Shown here one piece after another: positions 48,301 through 56,969 of a stretch of 64,000 nucleotides of DNA (the stretch's first letter is position 1; each line of letters opens with the position of its first letter). Both the position numbers and the translations under genes were made by a program. The notes under the pieces are model-generated. The model was not told the origin of the DNA. It saw nothing but the letters and a program-made list of their open reading frames with translations, and searched no databases. Location of the stretch: assembly GCF_000143415.4 (NCBI RefSeq), contig NW_003314292.1:1626592-1690591 (forward strand), read 5' to 3'. The stretch is from Selaginella moellendorffii (Eukaryota > Plantae > Lycopodiophyta).

Positions 48301-50331
48301 GCCTCCAGAGTGGAACCTGCCTTCCACCCCCTATTTCCAGTCACCTTGTTTATTCCCAGAATTCTTATTCTTATCCGAGTTACCAGCATACAGTTGCTGA
48401 TATTATTCCATAAGCGAGTGACTAAAGGCAACTTGTTGTGCTGCCTCCTTACACTCCAGATACGTTTTTGGCTTAAACTTCAAAATCTCATTGCAAGAAA
48501 GTGAACCTTCCAGGAAATAACTCCGAGCATCTTCATCACTTATATTTGCAATCATAATGCGCTTTTGAGCAAATGCATTAACGTAATGCATGAGGTCCCC
48601 TCGCTGCTTTAACCGCCACAACTCCACGAAAAGTCTCAGACCAAGATCGTCCGGCAAGTATTCCTTACGGATACAAGACTGCATCTTAGTCCAAATTCTA
48701 GTCTACCCTTTTTCAGCACACACTTGGCACCACCAAGTTTTGGCATGATCAGTGAGAAAGAATTGCATGTACACAACTTTTGTATGATCATCTACATCTG
48801 CCACTATGAAATAGTTTTCCATATCGTAGACCCAGTCTTCCAAAACTTGATAGTCCCGCATGCCTCTAAAGTTGGGTGGTTTCGGAGGCTTGAACTTTGA
48901 AACTCATGCAATTGGGGGCGGTTGCAAAACTTCATCGTCCTCAGAACTTGAAGAGAGTCCGGTTGCTTAGGCTTAGTTGGTTTAGCTGCCTCAGTTTCTT
49001 TCTTCCTCTTTTTGTTCTCCTTCTTCAATTTGCGAATCTCCTTTCACAAATTCTTAATCTTGACTTCCTAAGCCGTACGCTGCAATGCCGCAGCATCTAG
49101 CTCTTCCTTTTCTGACTTGGCCTCAACCTCTTCTGCAACATCTCTACCAGGAGTTTCCTCCTCTCAATTCGCTCGTCTAGAGGTTTCAGCATCATTAGCA
49201 CGGTTCCTTTTCACCATCTAGCTAGCTACATGCATGCCTCTATCAGTAAATGAACATGCATACAACGTTCTTACTGAATGGTGCAATCCAACTAATCCTA
49301 CATAGGTCACTTTGGATCTACTAGAAAAGTCTCTGTGTATGCAACTTGAGTCAAAAAATCCGACAAAAGTTGAATAGGAATCACTGAGATAATTTCTCTA
49401 ATACCAAATGTAGCGCACCTAAATTTGAAGCCGAACTCCAAGCCCGTTGGGCTACAAAATGAGGGTCCGGTACAATCCCACAAGTACTAGCTCCCCGTAT
49501 CCAGCACCTGCACGCAAAATGGTCTCAGACGGAGTCTGGCACAATTTTGACATACCTGTGGCCTAACACGAGGAGGAGGGTACCCCCCCGACTAGAGCAG
49601 TGTGGAGCTTGGGCTTAGACCCAAGCCGGATGCAGAACAAGGAGCGACACAGCCTAGCGGGAGCTAAATTAATGTTTTAGGTGGTCGGACATACATTCCA
49701 ACCACTATCCTTACTATACTTTTGAAACCCCTTATATCCCCCCCCCCCCCCCTCCTCCCCCCCCCTCCCCTTGAGGAACACATGCTTTGGGCTTTCACCC
49801 CAAGCCTCCCTTAGTACCAGGAGTTAGTCTTTGGGACAAGCTCGAAACTTACTAAATATGGAATGTTTTTAGATTGCGAATTTGGATACGAAACGAACAC
49901 CATTGTGTTTAGGCCGATATCTACATTCCGTAGATATGCCAAATGAGCAAATCTTGACACTTTTCATAATTAGCATTTGGAACCAAAATAAGACTAACAG
50001 AAAGGGCATGATAGCAAGGGTGTTTGGCAAACACGGTAAGCTATCATTCAGCGATATTGAGGGACTACTCTCAATACGCGAGGGTTCTCGCCAAGCCAGT
50101 GCAAGATATAGCAAAAGAGAACTAAAAAGCCGAGCCAAGTATGCTTGGTCAAATAAACACTTAGGAATTTCATCCTTATGCTCATCTGGCCAAGTACAAA
50201 TGCTAAGTCCAGTTTACTAACACTTTGACAAGAAGGGCCAATAAAGGGAACCAGCAGTACTAACCTCTTGAGAGTGTTCGTAAGGATTGGCCGACAAACA
50301 TTTTTCAATACCCGAAATCACATTTGTGACA
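42399..50331 (-). mobile_element. Full-length but mutated Ty3/gypsy chromovirus (LTRs 42399-43309 and 49409-50331; TSD TTATC)
   Basis: TG...CA LTRs, PBS tggtattagag, PPT ggaagggagag. Contains gag, zinc knuckle CFHCGESGHRSSEC, protease DTG, RT (MPFGL, YIND), RNase H (CDASS), integrase (TLDFIT, SDRDSRF, TAYHP) and chromodomain (YEVEAIL...YLVKWKGY). Many stops and frameshifts. Confidence 0.95.
43381..43973 (-). mobile_element. Cassandra TRIM (593 bp) with 5S rRNA-derived LTR cores; TSD GAAAC
   Basis: 194-bp LTRs at 43381-43574 and 43780-43973, PBS TGGTATCAGAG, PPT, 205-bp non-coding interior. The minus strand of each LTR reads ggttaagcgtccttgggtttgaatagtactgggctgggtgacctcccgggaagtcc, which matches the 5S rRNA A-box to C-box region. 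Confidence 0.93.
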
Positions 50332-50675
50332 TTATCCCAAGAATGATATATGGCAATAACCGTGAAATGATTGAATCAATAATACACATCATTCCCAAGA
50401 TTCCCACAAAAGAACTTTAGCCAAATGTGAGGATTGGTAGCAAGCACAAAAAAAGTTGTACCATGTGCTATGAATGCTACCATCAATTGAGTTTGATTGT
50501 TCAACTGCAACTGCATAGCATCTAGAAATTGCTCAAATTGCTACTCTAGAGTCAAAGGAGGAGGAAGTAAATAAAAAAATAAATAAAAAAGAAAAAAAAA
50601 AGTTGAGAAAAGCAATAAAAAAAGGAGATTTAGACAATGAAAAAGTTAGATCTAAACTAAAATCCCAAATTCTAC

Positions 50676-50785
50676 AAGCCAGAAACATATGCAACTCCAA
50701 CAATGCTCTCCGAATGGACAAGCCTTCGTGGCAGTGACAAAAGCTTGAAACCGGGCTGAAGATAGATGGAAAGGCTGTCAAGAAG
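50676..50785 (+). pseudogene. PPR pseudogene D (short remnant ending at GKAVK)
   Basis: gccagaaacatatgcaactccaacaatgctctccgaatggac...gatagatggaaaggctgtcaag matches 54075-54220. Confidence 0.75.
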
Positions 50786-50913
50786 CCTAGAGAAGCATAA
50801 AAAACATTAGAATATTCTAAAATCAGCAAATAAGCGTGTGTTAACATATTGAACCATGACTTCAACATAGAGATGGACAGATCTTTATTTCTGAATTGAA
50901 TCTCAGCTCAAGA

Positions 50914-52833
50914 TCATATCACAACAGCTTCGAGTGCTTTGATAAAAACTCCATCAACCTCTTGGGGATGTGCCACGGCAGAGAACACAGTGTATGTTTC
51001 GTTATAGTTAACACTACCAGCAGACGACCACCTTGAGGGAAACCAGTCTGGCTTACCACCCTCTGGACCAATCCAGTGAAAACCCCATCTGATATCTTCC
51101 ACATCATAACCAGCTGTATAAAGACCCATGTTCTCAGGCTTGAAGAGCTTGCTCGCACTCTGCCATTTTGTGATCCCTTTTTGTGACCCAACAGAAACTC
51201 GAAACACGTCAATGAAGAGCAGATCACTTTCCACTCTTCGAGTCACAAAGTCAACACAGCAGCGTTGCCAGCTGCTGGGGATATAAGTTGTTGGCGAGTA
51301 CGTTAGGACTGGTCCCAAATCCAAGCCGAAATAATGAAAAGCTTCAATCTTCTTCCCCTTCATCGGCCCCATGCCCCACTGTTTCGCGATGTGGATTACG
51401 ATCCTTTCCACCATAAGTCCAACCAGCAACGGTGCAGGGTGTGCGGCCATGCATTCTTCAATGAGCTGCTCCGCCACTTTCATCATCAAGGCATCTCCAT
51501 CTGCCTTATTCAAATGCATTCCAACGGCGGCCACAACCATTGCCTTGGCAAGATCAGAAACCAGTGCAAACTTGTCTCCATTTTGTACAATCCACCGAGG
51601 ATCGAAACTATCAGAGTCGATCCTGCCTCTGCCAGCTATCAGATCCGATAGCGCAGCCACCGCTCTTCTCCTCCTGACACGTTTCAAGGCCGCTATCTCC
51701 GTCACCCACTGTTCCACAGTCCTTCGTTGTTGTTCAACCTCCTCGGTGGACAGAAACTTCTCCCTCGCCTCGCCCTCACGATCTGCAGAAGCCGCCGCTT
51801 CGACATAGCAATCCACGAAAACACGCACCATGAGTGGCAAACCTCCCGTCAATGCCTGCATTTCACCAGGCTCGGACAGCAAGCCCTTCCAGGTGATGTA
51901 CTGCTTCGTCTCCTCGGGCGTGAAGGCTGTGTACTTGCAGTGGTAGTTTCTGTTGTGAGTGGTCTTGAAAACCCTGGCATAAGCCTCGTTCCGCCTTGCC
52001 GAGCCACCATGCAAGCAGGTTGAGCTTTCCTCGAGTGCTTCCAATGCAAGCCACACGTCCATAAGGGAGCTGTTCGAGGCCCTGCTGTCCAAAACATCGT
52101 ACTCGTCGACAACGAAGAACAGATCGTTGGTGCGTTTCAACCATGACACCACCTCCATCATCTCCTTCCAGTCCTCAATGCAGCACAGCCAGTTGCACGT
52201 CGGAACATCATCCGCAAAGGCCACCAAGAGAGCCTCCCTGATCGCCGTCAGCAAGCCGGAGCGCTCCTCCGGCATCCTGAAGATGCAAACCAGCCGCGAT
52301 TTCCTTGCTGCGCCTTGGTTCCCCTTGGAGAACTCGTGGAGACAGTGAAGAGACAGCATGAGCAAGAGGTAAGTTTTCCCCGAGCCAACATTCCCGTCCA
52401 AGTCTATCACGTCGTTCTTGCTCGCCGCGAATCTGTCCAGGATCTCTTTGAAGACTGGGCGCCCCACAAGCCAGATGCCATCAGCCTCTGACGGAACGCG
52501 CGGCACCCTGGGCTGCAAGCTCGGCCATGGCAGCTTGTCAAACACTTTCACCTCCGCAAAGTCCACGCTTGGAAGCGCTGCGATGGAATCCGCGATGCTC
52601 CGCACGCGCTGCAGCACTGCATCGGAACGAGCGTTGCCGAACAAGCCCGCCGCTGACATCTCGTTGCGAAGGCGGCATGGCGGTAATCGAGCCCTGGCAC
52701 GAGGTCGCTTCAAATCCTTGACAGAGAACAAGAGCTGCGACTCCACTGCCTCCACCAGCTTGCGCTTCGCAGGAGTGGAGTAGTCTGGACGCCGATCGAT
52801 CCAATCGCGCAGCAGGGACTCGTCGCCCGCCAT
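50914..52833 (-). CDS. STAND-like P-loop NTPase with putative C-terminal nuclease (Crinkler/RHS-type), copy 3
   Basis: Intact 639 aa ORF with the same motifs as copy 2; divergent from the PPR gene across ~235 bp. Confidence 0.8.
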   Translation of the reverse strand: MAGDESLLRDWIDRRPDYSTPAKRKLVEAVESQLLFSVKDLKRPRARARLPPCRLRNEMSAAGLFGNARSDAVLQRVRSIADSIAALPSVDFAEVKVFDKLPWPSLQPRVPRVPSEADGIWLVGRPVFKEILDRFAASKNDVIDLDGNVGSGKTYLLLMLSLHCLHEFSKGNQGAARKSRLVCIFRMPEERSGLLTAIREALLVAFADDVPTCNWLCCIEDWKEMMEVVSWLKRTNDLFFVVDEYDVLDSRASNSSLMDVWLALEALEESSTCLHGGSARRNEAYARVFKTTHNRNYHCKYTAFTPEETKQYITWKGLLSEPGEMQALTGGLPLMVRVFVDCYVEAAASADREGEAREKFLSTEEVEQQRRTVEQWVTEIAALKRVRRRRAVAALSDLIAGRGRIDSDSFDPRWIVQNGDKFALVSDLAKAMVVAAVGMHLNKADGDALMMKVAEQLIEECMAAHPAPLLVGLMVERIVIHIAKQWGMGPMKGKKIEAFHYFGLDLGPVLTYSPTTYIPSSWQRCCVDFVTRRVESDLLFIDVFRVSVGSQKGITKWQSASKLFKPENMGLYTAGYDVEDIRWGFHWIGPEGGKPDWFPSRWSSAGSVNYNETYTVFSAVAHPQEVDGVFIKALEAVVI

Positions 52834-53070
52834 CGAAAGCCCTAGAAAGAGCGCACGATTGGCAAGTTTTAGGGTTTGTCAGGGCAAGAGAGGCGCGTCT
52901 TGTGCCACGGACCAAATGTGGATCAAGATGTGTCGATGTTTTCAATCACTTGCATTTCCTCCCATTCCAGTTAAACTGTTCTAATCTTCTCTTCCACCCA
53001 CTCACCATTTCTTGCTTTCTAGCATGGTCGTGGTTTCTCCCCGTGAGGAGCGGAAGTCTACACACAAGTG

Positions 53071-56000
53071 ATGCGTGCCAACACGTCAAGGTTCGATCCA
53101 AAAATCTCGCGGCTCCTTGCACGGCTCAAAGATTGCTCCGCTGCCAAAGACTTGGAGCGTGGAAGGACTGCTCACGCTGATGCCATCCAAACGGGTATGG
53201 AAACAAACATCTTTGTCGCCACCACTCTGGTAAACATGTACGCAAAATGTGGCAGCCTCGCGGACGCTCGCAAGATCTTCGACAAAATCCCGCACGACGA
53301 TGTGGTCCCTTGGAACGCACTCGTGCTGGGCTATGCCGACAACGATCAAGGAGAGCTCGCGCTCGATCTCTTCTCCAGGATGAGGTCAGAAGGATGTTCT
53401 CCCAATTGTCTCTCTTATGTCGCTGCTCTAAAGGCTTGCAGTTGCTTGGCTTCCAGGGAGGAAGCAAGAGAAGCTCATGGTCCCAGTGGCAAGGTTTTGG
53501 TAAGGTTTGCATCGCTCGAGAAAGCCAGGGAAATTCACAGGGAAGTCGACAGTTTTGGTGGATGCCAGGACTTGGATATCAAGCTTCCAAACACGCTCAT
53601 CAGTGTATATGGCAAGTGTGGAAGCCTGGTTGACGCCTTCCAGGTCTTCCAGAGGATGCCGAGCCACAGTTTGGTCTCCTGGACGGTTTTGATACTTGGT
53701 TATGCGGAGAATGGTCAGGGCGAAGTGGCTTTGAGCTTGTTTGCCACCCTGAAATCCAAAGGCTGCGATCCGGACTGTCGAACTTTCGTTGCGGCTATCA
53801 GGGCGTGCACAAGTCTAGCAGCGAAAGAAGAGTTTAAGCTCCTGAGCCAAGAAAAGCTCGTCAAGGTGGCGGCTCTGGAAAAAGGAAGAGAGGTTTACTT
53901 ACAGGCTGTGGAGAGTGGCTCCTCCGACAAAGATATATTCGTGGCAAACGCAGCGCTCGATATGTTTCTCAAGTGTGGAAGCCTCGAAGACGCTCGCCAG
54001 GTGTTTGAGAGGATCCAGCGCCCGGATGTTGTGTCGTGGACAACTTTGATCGCGGGATACTCCGAGAACCGCGAGCCAGAGCTGGCCCTCGAGCTGTTCC
54101 AACGCATGCAACTCCAGCGATGCTCTCCGAACGGACAGGCTCTCGTGGCGGTGGTAAAAGCTTGCATTGCTCTGGCTGCGATGGAAACCGGGCAGAAGAT
54201 AGATGGAAAGGTTGTGAAGACGCAAAGCTTGGAGAAGGGAATGGCCATTCACGCGATGGCTGTGTCGCAGTTTTACTACGACGCGGATGTTTTCCTGGCG
54301 AGCTCGCTGGTGGAGATGTATGCAAGATGTGGGAGCTTGCTCGATGCTCGCAAAGTTTTCGACAGGATCGTCTCGCACGACTCGGTGTTGTGGACGGCTT
54401 TGGTGCTGGGCTATGCTGACAATGGAGAGGAAGAGATTGCTCTCGAGTTATTCCGGTGCATGAATTCTCGAAGGTGCACACCAGATTGTCGGACTTACGT
54501 TGCGGCGTTGAAGGCCTGTGCCGGGAAAGCAGCGAGAGAGGAAGGCACCGAGATATATGGCAAGCTTGTCAAGCGAAAATCGTTGGAAGTAGCAGCAGTT
54601 CTCCACGCTGAAGTTGCCGAGCGTGGTTTGGAAACGGACGTGTTCGTGGCGAGCTCTCTGGTGGATTTGTATGCGAAGTGTTGGAGCATGGTGGAAGCTC
54701 GCAGGGTTTTTGACAGAATACCAAGGCACCGTCGAGATGTAGTTCTCTGGACTGCTCTGACTCTCGGCCACGCAGAGAATGGAGAGGAAGGAGTAGCTCT
54801 GGACTTGGTTGGAGAGATGCAATCGCAAGGATTTGTCCCAAACTGGTTGACGTTCGTCGCGGCTTTGAAGGCATGCACGGGCTTGGCCGGGAAAGAACGA
54901 GAATTTGGGAACCATGGCAAGAAGAAGTTTGCAGCTCTCGAGCGAGGAAGAGATGTTCACTCTCAGGCTGTTAAGTGCTGCTGCGACTCGAACGTTTTCG
55001 TTGCAAGCTCTTTGATCGACATGTACGCGCACTGTGGTAGCATGGAGGAGGCTCGGAGAGTCTTCCTGGGAGGAGCTGCGCCACAAAACTTGGTCTCTTG
55101 GACGTCACTCGTGCTTGGCTACGCTCGAAACGGTGAAGAAGCTCTGGCACTGGAGGCTTTTACTGGTTTGCGGCCACAAGGCTGTGTCCCGGACACTCGA
55201 GCGATCGTAGCAGCACTGAAAGCCTGCATTGGTCTGGCCGAGAAAGAAGATGGCATTCAAGTCGATCGAAATTTTGTCAAGTTAGCAGCTCTCGAGAAAG
55301 GAATGGCGGTACACTCGGAGGCAGCAGCCAAGTGTCCCGGTGACTTGAAAAACACCTTCGTCGCTAGCAGCTTGATCGACTTTTACGTCAAGTGTGGAAG
55401 CATGGGCGATGCTCGGCGAGTTTTCGACACTATGCCAGATCTGGGCCTGGTTTTGTGGAGCACGCTCATGCTGGGATACGCCGACGATGGAGAAGGCGAC
55501 ATAGCACTGGAGCTCTACAAACTGGTCGACAAGAATTACACCCCCGACGCTCAAACTCTGGCCGCTGCTCTCACCGCTTGTGCCAGGGTTGTGTCTCTCC
55601 AAGCTGGGAAAGAGATCCACTCGGAGATTTACAGGCGTGGCTTGGAGGGCGATGGAGTTCTCGCGACGTGCCTGGTGGACTTTTATGGCAAGTGTGGGAG
55701 AACCGAGGAAGCCCAGCTAGTGTTTGATTCTCGCCAAGGAAGCTGGGACGTGGTAACTTGGACGTCGCTGATAGCAGGATACAGTCGCGTGGGCGATACC
55801 AAGGTGGTGTTTGAGAGATTTGGAGCTATGGTCGATGAAGGCCTTGGACCAAATCACGTGACTTTCGTGAGCGTGCTTACGGTTTGTAGCCGAGCGGGGC
55901 TTGTCGAGAAAGGAAGGAGTGTCTTCGCAGCGATGGAGTCCAGGTATGGAGTGAAGCCCAGCGAGGAGCACTATGTTTGCATGGTGGATCTGCTGGGACG

Positions 56001-56202
56001 AGCGAGGATGCTTGAGGAAGCACTGGAGGTGGTGGAGTCGAGACCAAGGAGTGGCATGGCTTGGATGGTGCTGCTTGGGGCTTGTCACAAGTGGAGGGAC
56101 GTGAAGCATGGGAGGATCGCGTTTGAGGCACTGGTGCTGTTGGATCCAGAAAACTCAGCTGTTTACGATCTCATGTCTAACATCTACATGCAAGAATTTT
56201 AA
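53071..56202 (+). CDS. Large PLS-class PPR protein with E domain and elongated L motifs
   Basis: About 1043 aa intronless ORF of repeating P-L-S triplets (LVEMYARCGSL.DARKVFD, VxWTxLxLGYAxNG) with HYVCMVDLLGRA...WMVLLGAC...YDLMSNIY at the C-terminus. Confidence 0.92.
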   Translation: MRANTSRFDPKISRLLARLKDCSAAKDLERGRTAHADAIQTGMETNIFVATTLVNMYAKCGSLADARKIFDKIPHDDVVPWNALVLGYADNDQGELALDLFSRMRSEGCSPNCLSYVAALKACSCLASREEAREAHGPSGKVLVRFASLEKAREIHREVDSFGGCQDLDIKLPNTLISVYGKCGSLVDAFQVFQRMPSHSLVSWTVLILGYAENGQGEVALSLFATLKSKGCDPDCRTFVAAIRACTSLAAKEEFKLLSQEKLVKVAALEKGREVYLQAVESGSSDKDIFVANAALDMFLKCGSLEDARQVFERIQRPDVVSWTTLIAGYSENREPELALELFQRMQLQRCSPNGQALVAVVKACIALAAMETGQKIDGKVVKTQSLEKGMAIHAMAVSQFYYDADVFLASSLVEMYARCGSLLDARKVFDRIVSHDSVLWTALVLGYADNGEEEIALELFRCMNSRRCTPDCRTYVAALKACAGKAAREEGTEIYGKLVKRKSLEVAAVLHAEVAERGLETDVFVASSLVDLYAKCWSMVEARRVFDRIPRHRRDVVLWTALTLGHAENGEEGVALDLVGEMQSQGFVPNWLTFVAALKACTGLAGKEREFGNHGKKKFAALERGRDVHSQAVKCCCDSNVFVASSLIDMYAHCGSMEEARRVFLGGAAPQNLVSWTSLVLGYARNGEEALALEAFTGLRPQGCVPDTRAIVAALKACIGLAEKEDGIQVDRNFVKLAALEKGMAVHSEAAAKCPGDLKNTFVASSLIDFYVKCGSMGDARRVFDTMPDLGLVLWSTLMLGYADDGEGDIALELYKLVDKNYTPDAQTLAAALTACARVVSLQAGKEIHSEIYRRGLEGDGVLATCLVDFYGKCGRTEEAQLVFDSRQGSWDVVTWTSLIAGYSRVGDTKVVFERFGAMVDEGLGPNHVTFVSVLTVCSRAGLVEKGRSVFAAMESRYGVKPSEEHYVCMVDLLGRARMLEEALEVVESRPRSGMAWMVLLGACHKWRDVKHGRIAFEALVLLDPENSAVYDLMSNIYMQEF

Positions 56203-56969
56203 ATTTATTAAAAATTGAAATGATGTGGCAATAGTTATACCCACGTGGCAATGTATATATACTTATATATGATTCTTTCCTCCTTGCTCTCCACTTTCAT
56301 GGTATTGAAGCCCTCTTGATCCTAGGTTGCTAGCCATGAAGCCAATAATGAAGAGGAAAATAAACCTCTTAATTGCAATCCCTTTTATAATGTTTGGGAT
56401 GATTGAAGTGTTGGATGCATTAGATGTTTAAGGCGCTAGATCAAAGCAATGCTTGCTTGTGCAAAGGCATTGAGTAACAAGTAGTAGCAAACAGATAATA
56501 AAGCTAAAAGGAGATTGAGAAATTTCAACAACCCAGATAATGTAAAGAATATTATAGAACATTAGCAAGAATTTTTATATGGAAATTCAATAGTTAGGAT
56601 GCAGTCAGTTCAAGGCCAAGACCATATAAGATTGAAGCCATAGAAAAACAAGAGTTTGCACAAGCAAAGTCAAGACATAGTGATGAGTTTTTCATATATT
56701 TTTCTCCCTATGTTCTTATGTAATATTCAAGCCCTAAATTCCCTAAGCCATAAAATATTCCTAGAATATCCTTTTGGTTGTTTTGCATCCGGCTTGGGTC
56801 TAAACCCAAACTCCATACTATTCTAATTGGTGGGATACCTTCCTTCTCACGTTAGGCCACCGATATGCCAAAATTGTGCCAGACTCTATTTGACACCATT
56901 TTGCGTGTTAGTGCTGGATATAGGGAATACTAAAAGTCAAGAAACACTGCAACTTATAAAGTTTAAGTG

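Larger units (their letters stand above)
39558..50680 (-). mobile_element. Old, deleted Ty3/gypsy element with a short 155-bp LTR (39558-39712); host of nested insertions
   Basis: TGTGAG...CTCACA termini with an adjacent minus-strand polypurine tract. Its gag remnant (ALQWYNGL...DWSILLDVF) is split by the 42399-50331 element. Right boundary approximate. Confidence 0.6.
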
